This document shows, in pieces, positions 26,218 through 40,433 of a stretch of DNA of 64,000 nt. This DNA comes from Eledone cirrhosa (taxonomy: Eukaryota), in NCBI GenBank assembly GCA_964016885.1, contig OZ024746.1:98270001-98334000 (forward strand), given 5' to 3'. Made by a program: the position numbers and the translations under genes. The notes under the pieces were generated by a model. It searched no databases, was not told the origin of the DNA, and saw nothing but the letters and a program-made list of their open reading frames with translations. Position 1 is the stretch's first letter, and each line of letters opens with the position of its first letter.

Positions 26218-26760
26218 AAGAATTAAATGAAGAACTGGAGTCTTTAAAGAAAATGAATGTAGAATCAGAGCGGATGTTCATTTTTGTTTTCATTATCAAG
26301 AGTGTGTGTGTGTGTGAGTGTGTGTGTGTTTGTGTGTGCTTGTGTGTGCGTGTGTGCGTGTATGTGTGTGTGTATGAGTGTGTGTGCATGTGTGTTTGTG
26401 TGTGCGCGTGTGTGAGCGTGTATGTGTGTGTGTGTATGCATGTGTGTCTGTGTGTGTGTGAGGGAGAGACAGAGAGAGTGTGTGCGTGTGTGGACGCAGG
26501 TATGACTGAAAGGTCAATATGTTCGTTAGCCTATAATAAAGTCCTGGGTTAGAACCTACAACGTGGGTTGAAAGGACACAAATCTTTTGAGAGAAATTAG
26601 ATAAACAGAACCTGTTTGAAAGCCTGACGTATGGTCAAGGCCTTTCATTCAGAGATTCAGCGTTGGCACGTATTGTTAGTCTCAAGCTGATTTTGCTGGG
26701 TAATGATGTCAAAGGAACATGTGATTATAGAACATTCAAACCTCTGCACATTAATTTCAT

Positions 26761-27180
26761 GGCGGTGGGTTGGCAGTATCGGTAGAGGGTCGGACGCCAT
26801 GCGTTGGCGCATGGAGATACGGTCCTTTCCATTCTGAGTTCAAATCACTCCGAGGTTAACTTTTCCATTCATCCATACGGAGTCGATAAAATAAAGTACC
26901 AGTAATGCATTGGGTAATTGCTGGCCTTGTGCCAAAAGTAGAAACAATTATTATAATCGGTTCAAATCCCGCCGAGGTTAACTTTGCCTTTCATCCTTAC
27001 GGGGTCGATAAAATAAAGTACCAGTAATGCACTGGGGTCGATTTAATCGACTTTCCTCTTCCCCAAAATTGCTGTCCTTGTGCCTAAATAAGAAACAATT
27101 ATTAATAACTACATTGTTTCTTTCTAGGGACTATGTTTAGGGGTAATTGCTGGCCTTGTGCTAAATGTAGAAACAATTAA
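26761..27180 (+). mobile_element. Cluster of SINE family A copies (full, truncated, tail-only)
   Basis: Copies at 26761-26950, 26959-27103 and 27141-27180. Confidence 0.85.
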
Positions 27181-27669
27181 TTTCATATATCCGACGTTCA
27201 TTTGAACGACTGGAACATTTATCATAGATAGAATAAGCAACATCCAACCCTAGTAACGTGAATGCGAACAGTTGGGGTACACTGTAAGGTCTATAGGCTG
27301 ACGATCAAGGAATACTGCATGCATTACTTCTCTATTTTGTCCGCCCGTCGGGGACCCGGGGCGGCCAACGCGTGGCCCCCCGTTTGATTAGAGTAGTGAA
27401 AGATGGGCAGATCGAGAGAGACGGGGATGGAATATGAACGCAGGGCGGCCAGCGCCCCTATTTGCTTATAATAGTGAGAGGTGGAGAGAGCGAGAGAGAC
27501 GGAGGCAGAGAGTGAAAGAGAGAGAACATCAACGCACACATATTTACTTCTGCCACAGAAACAAATAAAGTCAAAGAAGTTCAAACATATCACAAAGTTC
27601 ATACTGGATCAAAATCTAAATCAGGGCCAGACGTAGAATCAACTAGACAAAGGAGAGTATTTTATACGT

Positions 27670-27745
27670 CACACCCGATAAATGATATCTACCCGATAAA
27701 TGATATCAACCCGATAAATGTTTTCTACCCGATAAAGGATATCTA
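27670..27745. repeat. 18-bp tandem repeat ACCCGATAAATGATATCT x4
   Basis: Direct reading. Confidence 0.85.
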
Positions 27746-27770
27746 TCACACCATGAATAACTGCATTAAG

Positions 27771-27990
27771 AGCGGTGGATTGGCAGTATCGGTAGAGTAG
27801 GACAATATGCTTTGTAGCATAGAGTTACGACCCTTTACGGTCTGAGTTCAAATCCCGCCGAGGTTAACTTTGCCTTTCATCCTTACGGGGTCGATAAAAT
27901 AAAGTACCAGTCACGCACTGGGGTCGATTTAATCGACTTTCCTCTTCCCCAAAATTGCTGTCCTTGTGCCTAAATAAGAAACAATTATTA
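27771..27990 (+). mobile_element. SINE family A
   Basis: Full head to tail. Confidence 0.9.
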
Positions 27991-28269
27991 ATAACTACAT
28001 TGTTTCTTTCTAGGGACTATGTTTAAAAACAAATCACATTTGGTCATTGCATGAGAGTATCTTGGTCAGCTCTATGAACATTTCAGCCGACTCTGGTACA
28101 GTAGAAATGATACAATTAAAAAAAATGGTAGACCACATTGCTGCTACTGATGCCGGGGCAGGCAGGATCCGTCATTGTCGATAGATAAAATAGACAAATC
28201 ATTATTGTTGCTAACATTGTTCTTGTTGCAGTAAATAAATATATACATATACACCAGGTCCTAACACAA

Positions 28270-28470
28270 AGGAACCAAACTCCCACTGCCACTGCATCCG
28301 TCTCTCCCGCTCTCCCTATCTCTCAATATTATGAGCAAATGGTGGCCTATGCGCTGCCCGCCACGCACTGGCTACCACGCGCTGGCCAACACGCGTTGGC
28401 TACCACGCGTTTACCGGTGGACAAAATACAGAAGGCGTTTCCTCAGAGGATGGTGGGGGAGACGCGATGG
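28270..28470 (-). mobile_element. CRE-like retrotransposon 3' end fragment
   Basis: Same tail and GAAGGCGTTTCCTCAGAGGATGG endonuclease-terminal coding segment as the 17415 and 30849 copies. Confidence 0.7.
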
Positions 28471-29171
28471 AGGGAAATGTAAAAGTTATTCTCTGTTTGC
28501 TATTATTTCTGTAAGAGTTTAGCACCACTTTACAGTTAATATCTCACACCATTACTTATTTCATTAGTGCACGTGGGTTTGATGAACACAACCACAAGGA
28601 TATGGTCCGAACGTGGAAGAGCCGAACTCTCACGGGAATGCGAACAGGTACAGAAGACACTGGATTAGCTAAAGAGGTCATATGCTGGTTGTTCAAATTA
28701 CAAACAAAACACATATAAACGAAACAAATAGAATAAAGTAACAAGTCTTGTATCATTAGTGTAGTAAGATAAAGGGGAAATAATCTAGCGACAGAATATT
28801 AAAGAGATTTTCATGTAAGAGCAAATACGTTAAATGATTGAGATAGGCACTTTTGTCAGTATTGATTTCTCTGTGTAATAGAAGAGCTGTTATGTTGCTG
28901 GCAAGTCGGCAATGTTGAGCATCTTTAATTACTTGCAGCTATATTATTTCGAGTAAACTGAATCCTATTCAAATGTTGACACTCGACAAAGTTTCAACTT
29001 GAACAAAAACTGCAAAATAAACCTATACATCGTACGTAATAAGCGAATTGGGATCTTATTGTCACTTGGACACGAATGACAGTTCTAGTTGTTGTCCCGG
29101 GAAGAAGATATAATTGAGAATATTTAACATCACAATATATCCGCATGCATATATGTAGATGCATGAATTAA

Positions 29172-29870
<699 letters not shown>

Positions 29871-30116
29871 GATTATATGAATGTATAAAATCCAATATAC
29901 TATGAAAGCAAATGTCTGAACACATAACTAATAAATTTACAATGCACCCATTTAATAAACACTTTACCCTAAGGCAGTGTTCTTCAAAATGGAGACACAT
30001 ATCGTGCGGTGTCATATATACAATATGCTGAAACATTTCGACCAACTGAGATTATTCGTGTAATCAATAGGTAAAAACTCCGTCTCGAGCTGTGTAAATT
30101 CTGAAAAATCTAGAAA

Positions 30117-30335
30117 TTACGCAGTAGATGTATATGTATGGTCCCATAACACCTGATAGAGTGGTAGGGCACCGTGTTGATATACAGCGCTTCTTGGGTA
30201 TTTTAAGCCTAGCGGAGCCCATCCCTCGAAAAGATGAAAGGCAAAGTTAACTTCGGTGGGATTTGAACTCAGAGAGTAGAGAGCCGGAAAGAATACCATA
30301 AAGCATTCTTATCCGATGTTCTAATGACTTTGGTT
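30117..30335 (-). mobile_element. SINE family B, internally deleted
   Basis: Matches 61905-62205. Confidence 0.65.
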
Positions 30336-30419
30336 AGAATGTCTAAGGAAAGAATCGCTGGACATATTTTACGGACAAAACCAACCGGAGGAGACTTAGG
30401 GGTAGATCCCGAGTGAAGG

Positions 30420-30730
30420 CATCAAACGTGTCCCCTCACCCTCCCTACAATCCATACCCTGTCACATATGGTTGTTCCCCAAGCTGCAGGAGAACCTCAG
30501 AGACAGTCATTTTGAAGCCGTTAAGAAGGTGAAGGAGGCTGTGACAAGGGTCTTAGACATCTTCACTTTAAAGGACTTCTATCGGGCCTTCATGAATTGG
30601 TTGGATCACTGCAAGTGCATTGAAGTCAGGGGATCCTACTTTAAAATATATTAGAATTTGTTGTACTGCTTTGAAATAAATGAATGTCTCTCCAGAAGAA
30701 GTCTGAAAATCTCCCTGAATGCACCTTATA
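30420..30730 (+). mobile_element. mariner transposase C-terminal remnant with probable right TIR
   Basis: WLFPKLQENLRDSHF..W..CIEVRGSYF resembles the mariner YSPDLAP.DF.LFPKLK..G.YF C-terminus. The segment ends ..CACCTTATA. Confidence 0.78.
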
Positions 30731-30848
30731 ATGTCAAAACTACTAAAACATTCACACACAAAAAACAGAAGTATAACAGTTGAATAATGTATTTAACGAA
30801 TTCACTTAATCTTCAACTCTACCAAATACTTCAGCAATGCTAGTATAG

Positions 30849-31055
30849 TCACTGCCTCCGTCTCTCTAACTCTCCCCATCTCTCACTATTATAAGCAAAT
30901 GACGGCCCACGCTTTGGCCACCCCGCAGCCCCAGCGAACAGAATAGAGAAGACGTTTTCCCAGAGGATGGTGAGGGAGACGCGTTGGAAGAGCCATTCCA
31001 TCTCACGAGGCTCAAACCTGCGGGTAGCCAGCTCAGTGCCGATGGTCGTAATTGA
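30849..31055 (-). mobile_element. CRE-like retrotransposon 3' fragment (endonuclease C-terminus)
   Basis: TIGTELATRRFEPREMEWLFQRVSL is similar to TIGAELASRRCEPRELEWLFQRVFL of 55591-55977. Confidence 0.82.
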
Positions 31056-31328
31056 CTTCTCCTTCCGTACGAAATTGCTGGCCTTGTTCATAAATAAACT
31101 TTATTAATGTAAAAAAATTCAAGTGTCTTTTGTGGTTATGAAAACAGAAAAGGAGGGGACAGGCAAGGGTCGCAGATGAATGGGGAGGAGGAAGGAGGAG
31201 GATGATGGGTTCTAGGCCTAGTACGTAGCGGTATTAGGGTGGTGCCTCACGGACAAGACCGCAACAGCATTGCCGGTTTTAAATTAGAATTAACCTACAG
31301 AAACTACAGTGTAGCCGCAAAGACTCAC

Positions 31329-31357
31329 CAGTTACGTTGTCGTAGAGTGAACGCCAT
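31329..31357 (-). CDS. Candidate first coding exon of an unidentified host gene (MAFTLRQRN...)
   Basis: Minus strand reads caagATGGCG..AACTG|GTGAGT, with a strong Kozak context and a consensus donor. No downstream exon was identified. Confidence 0.3.
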
Positions 31358-32289
31358 CTTGAATTACACTGCCATCTAGCGGGTCGAGTCAATTCTGCAA
31401 AATAGGAAAGAAACGTTGTTAGTTTATACAACTGTAGCAACCAATATTGTAAGAATATTCATTTAAGTGTTGATATTATACGTATTTGAAATTTAAAAAA
31501 AGTTTACTCAGCTGCCAAATCAATGGGTGGCAGCAGTTCCAGCCACACACATCGAAATACTGGTGTAGTGGTTCTGAGAACAATGCGGCTTTGCAGATGA
31601 TCAATGTAAATTGACAATGGAAAGGCGCTCCTGTTCGAGTTAGAAGAGAACTATTGACCTTCAGGAGAAGCAGTGACCCCTGATTATATTCAGCAAACGA
31701 AACAAATATGAATTACACCAAATCCAATTCTCCTAGGGGCGGCTCTGGTTCTTCTTATTTGCGAGTGTAAACTCGGCCAGATTAGATTAGATTACACTCA
31801 GCCCGCATCTTATGCGATTTTAAGTAACGTAGTTTTGAACATACGCATTCGAAAGATTTATTTTATTTAACTTCAATATAGCTTTAGTACTGGTAACATC
31901 ATGTTCCACATGAATGCGCATTGTCGAATGTAAACAAATATGAAGTACCCCTACGGGCGGCCCTTGTAAACTCGGCCAGATTAGATTACAAATCAAGGAC
32001 TGTTTTTGTGGTCACCCTGTTTATATATATATATATATCAATGTTGTACCGTGGATATAATCTTGAATCGGTGATGAAAGGTGAACTCGAGCCACTGAGG
32101 TATTTATTTGGCTTCTTCGTTTGATGTAAATTCAAAATGTTTTTCTATCTTGTGTGAACACAGCACACACATATATCTGGGGTATATAATTTCTGCTAAT
32201 TTATGCAGACGGCTTGGAAATAAAACCTGTTATTATGTCCAATTAAAGAGAAATAATTTTGGATTAAATCAGGAGTATTCATGAATAAC

Positions 32290-32549
32290 TATATATTTGT
32301 ATTCAAGCAGATATTCAGATACACACGTGTGTATATGTATTTACATATATATATACAAATATATGTAATATATGTATATGTATAAATATATGTATGTGTG
32401 TGTATAAGTATATATATATATATATATGTATATATATACGTGTATATATATATATGTATACATATATATATGTATATATATATATATATATATACGTGTA
32501 TATATATGTATACATATATATATGTATATATATATATGTACAGATACAT

Positions 32550-32592
<43 letters not shown>

Positions 32593-32786
32593 AATTCACA
32601 TACACACACTCATCCGACACACATGAAAATCTGTACACATATTTATATATACACTCACACACATATATATATATAAATATATGTATATGTATACGTATAT
32701 ATATATATGTGTGTGTGTGCATAAGTATATATATATATATACAAACATATATATAGATATATATATAGACATCTATATATGTATGT

Positions 32787-32838
<52 letters not shown>

Positions 32839-32875
32839 ATGTATATGTGTATATATATACGTGTATATATATATG

Positions 32876-32950
<75 letters not shown>

Positions 32951-33017
32951 ACACATACATATATATATGTATATATATACATATATAGATGTCTATTTAT
33001 ATATATGTATGCATTTG

Positions 33018-33059
<42 letters not shown>

Positions 33060-33135
33060 TATATGTATATAAATGCACATGCACACACTCATCCGACACA
33101 CATGAAAATCTATACACACACACACACACACAAAA
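32290..33135. repeat. (TA)n/(TG)n-rich block with an internal duplication
   Basis: CACACTCATCCGACACACATGAAAATCT occurs at about 32605 and 33084. Confidence 0.9.
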
Positions 33136-33229
33136 ACGTACACACCTCCATACATAGAAACAATAGAAAAAATGTCACACACTTATATACACACGTGATA
33201 ATACACACACACACACAATTGTACGCACC

Positions 33230-34130
33230 CACATACTTAGAAACAACTGAAATAGGACCCCCATACATAACTTGCACCCCTCCATACCAACTCCACGGAG
33301 ACTCGCCTGCACCATGAGGAGACCCGCACATATCAACCTGGGTCCTGGAATCAACGTAATCATCACGGGTCTCGCAGCAAAAACGTAACATGGTATAATG
33401 CCCCCTACTCCAGGAACCTTAGAACAAACATACCAGGTCTCTTCTTCCGGGCCCTCTACGAGTGCTTTCCACCCTCGCATACATACCATAAGCTTTTCAA
33501 CTGGCACAAGGTCAAGTTCTCCTTCTCCACTATGCCCAACCTTACACAGATCATTGCCTCCATTAACCGTAAAAAGCTACGGGAGTACCTCAAAATTGAC
33601 CATACTGGGAGGGTTGTCGATGGATCAGAACTCCCCAGGAGAGGTATGGCCACCGTTCCATCCGTCGTAAATGATTGGAATACCCAGTGCAATATCCCCT
33701 CTCTCGCACATCAAAAAGAGCACCCTACGGCGCTCCTGGAAGTTCTGTGCCGAACTGCAACTGCAGACCCCCCACCCGTGACTGTCCCCTCAACAGTCGC
33801 TGCAGAATCTCGGGAGTGGTCTACAGCTGTACGGTCTCCACCGAAAGAGAGGAATTTGTGTATGTGGGTTCCGCAAGTACCGAGTTCAAATCCCGCTTCC
33901 ACAACAACATGTGCCTCTTTAGACACAGAAGCAAGAGGTCCAACACTAGTCTAGCCGAGTGCTCAAGGATGAGAACCGGAACTTTAAATTGAGGTGGAAA
34001 TTTCTCCATTTTGCTGCCCCTGGGGCTGGGCAGTGAGTTTTGTCGGCTATGTATCTGTGAGAGTGTGGGGATCCTAAAGTTACACGGGTGGGGCGATCAA
34101 CTCTAGGTTCGAGATCCTGAGAAATTGTAT
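33230..34130 (+). mobile_element. Penelope-like element fragment (degenerate GIY-YIG)
   Basis: CNCR..CPLNSRC..GVVYSCTV..YVGSASTEFKSRFHN motif. Confidence 0.8.
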
Positions 34131-34324
34131 GCATTGAAGCATCCATCTGTTTGCCCATCTCGCAGGTGGGTGCACCGCAGGGCCCACTGTCTTAAAATAG
34201 GGAGCTACCGGCCCTGTCGTGCCACGGTAGCCACATTACTCGTCCCAGAGCACCAACACCATTTTTGTGAGTGTATTTTTTTAATGTGTATATATGTATA
34301 TGTATGTGTTTGTAAGTGTGTATG

Positions 34325-34355
<31 letters not shown>

Positions 34356-34404
34356 ATGTATATATATGTGTGTGTATATCTATATATATATATATGTGTG
34401 TGTA

Positions 34405-34450
<46 letters not shown>

Positions 34451-34689
34451 GGTGTATGTATATATATGTGTTTATATGTAAATATATATTTTTTTTTTGG
34501 GGGGGGGGGGTCGTTTTGGAAGCCTCAATAATGCACATGGGTAAACCTCCGGGTAACAGAATCCGGTAGCGAAGAGAGAGATGTAAGAGGAAATGTAGAA
34601 TGAGATGTATAGTGTGTAGAGGAACGTAAGAAAGAGCGTAAAAAATAAAAATAATAACACGAGATAGAGTTACCTTGGGAGAGATTTAA

Positions 34690-35680
34690 TTGTCCCTATA
34701 TTTCGGATTGTTACGCTTTCTTTTTTTATTGATGTTGTTAGTGGGAGAGTAAGTGATAGGTTGCGAGAAGCCGCTGTTAGCTAACGCCGTGTTATAGTAG
34801 GGTGCCGCTCTATCAAAGATAGCCTTATTAGGTCTCACTCAACGTTAAAACCAATGTAGGCAAAAACTTTCTAGCCCTCTTAGATAGACACTTTCCCATG
34901 GGTCATACATACCGCTCCATATTTAACCGACACAAAGTAAAACTAGGATACTCCTGCGCTAAGAACATGAAGGCCTACATCACCAACAGCCCTAAAAGCA
35001 ACACCCCACCAGGGTGCTCTTGCCGTAAGTCCCCTTCAACAGCAATGCAACACATCCGCTGTAGTTTATGAAGCTGTGGTCATTTCCAACCGACCAAATC
35101 AATCACAGGAGGTCAAATCCTATGTGGGTATGGCGGAGGGCCGATTTAAGGAACGCTTCCTGAACCACCAGTCGACCTTTAGGTACCCGGACAGAGGTTC
35201 ATCCACGAAACTCTCGAGCCACGTATGGACCCTGAAGGACTCAAGTATAGACTACTCCATTTAATGGAAAGCCATCACTAAGTCCAAGCCAGACGCAAGG
35301 GGAAATCCGTCGTGTGGACTATGTATTGATGATCGAATAAATATTCAAAAGAGATTACGCAATAGCGATTGCCTAAACTCAAGATATGAATTCTTCACAC
35401 TTTGTCCACACGTCTGGAAACACCTCTTACAACTACAAAGCTCCGGATTGAATTACAACAACATCCTAATTTTCTTATCAACTAGAAACTTTCAGAATTT
35501 CGCAGTTATCTCCCTTACACCTCTCGCATGCAATTTAGTATTGCCTGAGTGAAGTGACCGTTTCTGCGCATGTGTGTTCGTACGGTTGTCCTTCCTGTTC
35601 ATCACGAGCTGAGGATCCGCTAAGGTGAAACAATTGTTCTCGGTATGGTGAACTAACTGTTGTGTAACCACTTCTATATA
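34690..35680 (+). mobile_element. Penelope-like element with inverted 5' segment, GIY-YIG remnant and pLTR with HHR
   Basis: SYVGMAEGRFKERFLNH, the same family as 42197-43433. Segment 34690-34832 is inverted relative to the rest. Confidence 0.88.
35605..35642 (+). ncRNA. Minimal type I hammerhead ribozyme
   Basis: cgag-CTGAGGA-t-CC gctaa GG-t-GAAA-CAATTG-TT-ctcg, with a palindromic stem III region (AACAATTGTT). Confidence 0.8.
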
Positions 35681-35760
35681 TATATATATATATAGAAGTG
35701 GTTACATATAATACATGTAATACATACATATATATATATATATGTATGTATATTTATATA

Positions 35761-36310
35761 TATCTTTTGCTTGTCATAAAATTCTCTAAAAAGGCTACGA
35801 AATTTAATGAAAACTTGTTCACGTGACAGACATAATTTCATTTATAACCAATCAAATTACGTTTATTAAAAAAAAAGCCTTTGTGAGCCTCCCTTTTTTA
35901 AGTAAAAAGAAATTCAAACACCCCCCCCCCCCCCCCCCCCACACACACACACAGACACACACTCACACACACACACACAGACACACAAGCACACAAATAA
36001 ACATACATATCTCTACTTTCTTTATTTCAATAGAAAATCTGAATTCTGACATCCCAGCGAACTAACCATATTCACTGAACCAGAACAATTCTCCCATCCC
36101 ATTTCTCTTGACCATTATCTTTTGCTTGTCATAAAATTCTCTAAAAAGGCTACAGAATTAATTTCCAAATACGGTCGCAAAATTTAATGAAAACTTGTTC
36201 ACGTGACAGACATAAATTCATTTATAACCAATCAAATTACGTTTATTAAAAAAAAGCCTTCGTGAGCCCCCCCCCCCCTCCTTTTTTAAGTAAAAAGAAA
36301 TTCAAACACT
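35761..36310. repeat. Direct duplication of about 170 bp (35761-35930 and 36116-36310)
   Basis: TATCTTTTGCTTGTCATAAAATTCTC...AAATTCAAACAC occurs twice. Confidence 0.85.
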
Positions 36311-36723
36311 CATCATCATCATCATCATCATCATATATGAAAAAACAACCTGAGCCCCCCCCCCCCCCCCCCTCCCATTGTTTGAAGAACTTTGTAGCGC
36401 GAACTGGCGCGAAATTTACTATAATTATTGACCAACCAATCAAATTACTTCTCTAAAAACCAGACGTTTCGAGCCACTTTTTTCCATATAAAACAAGTAA
36501 CATTCAAAGACCAACCAGATGTGAGAAAAACCACAGACCCTCCATCTCAACTCTACTTTTGAAAAACAGAAGAACTGCGAAACCGGTAAAGGAACCAAAT
36601 AAATATATATATATATTTTTAAATAAGACTCCAGTTGCATTTTCGATTTCATCTTTTTTTCTTTATACTTTCACTCGTGTAGGACACCTTTGGTTATTTT
36701 TCATTTTGTAAAAAAAACCTCAC

Positions 36724-36764
<41 letters not shown>

Positions 36765-36770
<6 letters not shown>

Positions 36771-36914
36771 TAGCGAAGCAAGCGGTTATTAAACAATTTT
36801 CTAAATAAATTAAAAAATGATTAAATAATCGAATTAGTGCCATTGAACCACATGGATTATAAACAACTTGAATATTTCTACAAGTACATTGTACCTGTTG
36901 AAGTATCCATCCAC

Positions 36915-36920
<6 letters not shown>
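36765..36920 (-). mobile_element. PLE pLTR-like fragment between (TA)n runs
   Basis: Reverse-complement homologue of 41998-42175. Confidence 0.6.
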
Positions 36921-36967
<47 letters not shown>

Positions 36968-36977
36968 CATATATATG

Positions 36978-37033
<56 letters not shown>

Positions 37034-38811
37034 CATATATATATGTGTGTGTGTGTGTATTATGTTTGTTTGTATGTATGATGGATGCATATATGTATGT
37101 ATTATGTTTGTATGTATGTATGTATGATGTATATATATATATATGTATGTATTATGTTTGTAAGTAAGTATGTGCTTATATATTTACATATGTATAAAAA
37201 TGCGTATGTAAATATATACATCATATGTATACCCACGGAAGTTTAGGTTTATCTTGATAAATGAATCATAAAAGAGAAATTATTTTCCTATTGTTGTACA
37301 TTAAGTAGTTGCTACAATAGTTTCAGCTAACGTGCTTCAAGAGATAATTTTATATCTCTTCTTTTTCTCTTTCGTATCAGGAAATTTATAGATTTTCCTA
37401 CGATATTCAAGTTGTCTCGCTATTGTATATAAAAATAAGCAGATTACATGATGTATTAAAAGAGATCGAAAAGTAGATGAAAGAAGCGTGCATATAACTA
37501 CAAAATAGAAATTATTGTACCAAATTGGCAGAGTTATTAGATGCTTTGATGTTTCATTTTTTATTCTGGCTCTCTGCACGTCCTGAGTTCAAATCACGCT
37601 GAGGTCAGCGTTGCCTTTCGTCTTTTCGGGTTCGATAAAAAAAATACTGCTCCATGGATGAAGGTTTACGGGTATTGGCAAAGACGATAAGGTGTCATGT
37701 AAACTAGAATACATTTCTGATACATTTTATATCTATCACTATGGCCTGTAAGGTAAATGAAGAGGCTATGCTTCGCAGAGAAGGTCTAATATGACTGAAA
37801 CACGCCCGAAGTTGCCACCGACCTTACAAAGATCAGATTAAATTGATATTACCGCAATAGCTAATTTCTCTTTTCCACACTCCATCGAAAATTCTAATTA
37901 TAATTAGATCCTAGGGCGTTAGAGAACTAAATATCAGCAAGTGAGATTTTTATCTTTCTTTATGGCATGCAACCTATTGCTTCCTCACTGGCACTAGGGA
38001 AGTGGTGTAAAACGTGTTGCAATGCTACACTGTTTTTTGTGGACCATGTTGTTCTTTAACAGCACCGAACCCCTAATAAGTAACAGTTGAGATTAATCTG
38101 GGACAATGTATCGCAAGTAGCTCTCAAGACATTATAGAATAATCTGTTGGTCATACAGTCTACATTGGGATGAATCAATCTGCATTCTTATTCTATGATA
38201 TGACATCCCCCCCCCCACTAAAAAATTGTTCCATCCTTATTTGATCTCATCAGCTAATTACAGTATAATCGCTGCTGTAAATCGTATATAAATTGATAAT
38301 TAAATATAACTTTTTGAATGAACACTATGTCGGGTTGTAACTTCGCGAAAAATTGGGGAAGAAATATCCACGGATGCCTGCAGACACACTTAATCTAATG
38401 AACATAAAGATACGAATTAATTAAAATTATTTCCATAGAGAAAAGGCCCAATCATTATCTTAATGACTAATTCCATTTAAAAAGCGGAGTGAGAGAGAAA
38501 CAGCGGTATTTAAATTAGAACGTAACGCAAAATGAATCAAATCTTTAACAGTCGTAGATGTTTCTTCATTAGACTTCATCAGAAAAGCAAAGTGTAACTG
38601 CTGCTGCAAATCTTTAGATGACTAGAGAGGAATATGAAATGGACCTCCGTCACTTTTGACGATGAATATTCCAGTTGTACAACAAATGGAACACTCTGAT
38701 CATGAAATTGACGTATACATGGTGGGGCATTCCACAGACACGTGTAAACTTAATGTAACTCTCAGGAGGATTCCGCGTGACACAGTCCGTAACAAGAGAG
38801 ACCCTTTAGAT

Positions 38812-39278
38812 CAGTGTTTCCCAACCTATGGCCACATGGCTAAAATGGGCCTGCCAAATTTCAGGTGGACCACAGAAATGTTATAATTTTTACTGGGGCA
38901 CCAGGATAATATATGGGCCACAGCTTATTGAATGGTCCATAGAGATTTTATTGACTACTAGTCCTTAAATTAATGAAATTAAATATAGGTAAATAAGTTT
39001 AATATACTTAGATTATGAAAATTTACTAATTACTTAGTATTTGAATAACTTTTAATTAGTCAGGCATTGAAAATACCGTTTTTTTTTCAGACTGTAGAAA
39101 GGAAATTACACCATTTCAGTTTTGTGAAAATCTTGTTCATTACAGCTCTAACTGTATATTTATTGGATATATTCTATGTAAAATGGAAGTAATTTTTTAC
39201 TCTATAATAATTTCATGGGCCGCAGAAGAATTCCGAGTTCAAAGCGGGCCATGACCTAACAAAAGTTGGGAACCACTG
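38812..39278. mobile_element. hAT (Charlie-like) MITE
   Basis: TIRs CAGTGTTTCCCAAC and GTTGGGAACCACTG, with 8-bp TSD CTTTAGAT/CTTTGGAT. Confidence 0.88.
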
Positions 39279-39894
39279 CTTTGGATTACAGATATAGTCA
39301 ATCCACAGAACTTTCAATCAGTTTTCGTCTACGCAATTTCACTCACAACACGAGGCTATGGTAAATGACGCCTAAGATATCACGTGATTGGAACGAGCCT
39401 TAGACTAAATGATTGTGAAACAAACTTCTTAATTATTCGGCAAGGCTGCATCCAAAAAACGTTTATAAAAAAACATTGTTGATAATGAGCACAAGTGTTA
39501 GAGTAATGAAATATTCAGCCGGATGGCTGGAACAGGTAAAAGAGTAAAAGAGTTAGCAAAATTAAGTTAGCGATCATTTTTTAATTCGTTCCCACACTGT
39601 AGGTGTACCTGTGTATTTCCACCAGGTTTTTGTTTCCTGGTGAGGTTTAATGAGATCGACATATCTCTTCTAGCTATTATTTTATGCTAAAATGCTACTC
39701 AATGCTCAAAAGCAAATTCTTCTAATTCAAAAACTAATAGTTACATCTATGTATTTACCTAAAAACCTTGAAATACATGCCGTGTTCTAGCATAATTCGT
39801 TCCCACAATTCAGGCGTATTTATGTATTTCTATCAGCTTTTTGTTTCCTGATGAGGTTTAATAAGATCGAAACATCTCGTCTAGCTATCATAAC

Positions 39895-40243
39895 TGGCGG
39901 GTGAAAAGTCAGTCAGGTGGAATTTGCAGACGACATGGAGTTACTCAACTTGACAGAAGATAATCTTCGACTTGCATTTGATAACTTTGATGCCAAATGC
40001 TGCATGGCTGGAATGAAAATCAGTGCTGCGAAAACTGAGACACTCGTCCTCTCAAGGAAGCCTGCGTAGTGCACGCTTCATGTGAATGGAGTTCCACTGA
40101 AGCAGGTAGGTAGAGAAGTTTAGGTATCTCAGGGCGTATTCACGAGTAATAGAAGGCAGGAAGCACACTTAAGTGCAAGAATTACAAAAGCTGGTGCAGT
40201 AATGCAGTAATGCGCCAGCTTCGGCATTCAGTAATCAGAAGAA
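39895..40243 (+). mobile_element. RTE-clade RT fragment
   Basis: EFADDMELL..AGMKISAAKTETLVLSR..LKQV. Confidence 0.82.
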
Positions 40244-40245
40244 GG

Positions 40246-40433
40246 TACTGTATATTCCGGCGTCGAAGACGCTACTTTTTCCCTAAAATAAGTCTCAAAT
40301 ATCTACCATGTGTCCTGGAGGCGGGACGTTGTTTTTGTTTGTTTTGTTTTTGTTTTTTTTTTCAAATTTTTCATTGTCAAAGTTAGGGTGCGTCCTCGGG
40401 GACGAAGCGTCTTCGGCGCCGGGAAATACGGAG
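40246..40433. mobile_element. Tc1/mariner (pogo/Tc2-type) MITE
   Basis: Inverted ends CTGTATATTCCGGCGTCGAAGACGC and GCGTCTTCGGCGCCGGGAAATACGG. Confidence 0.75.
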
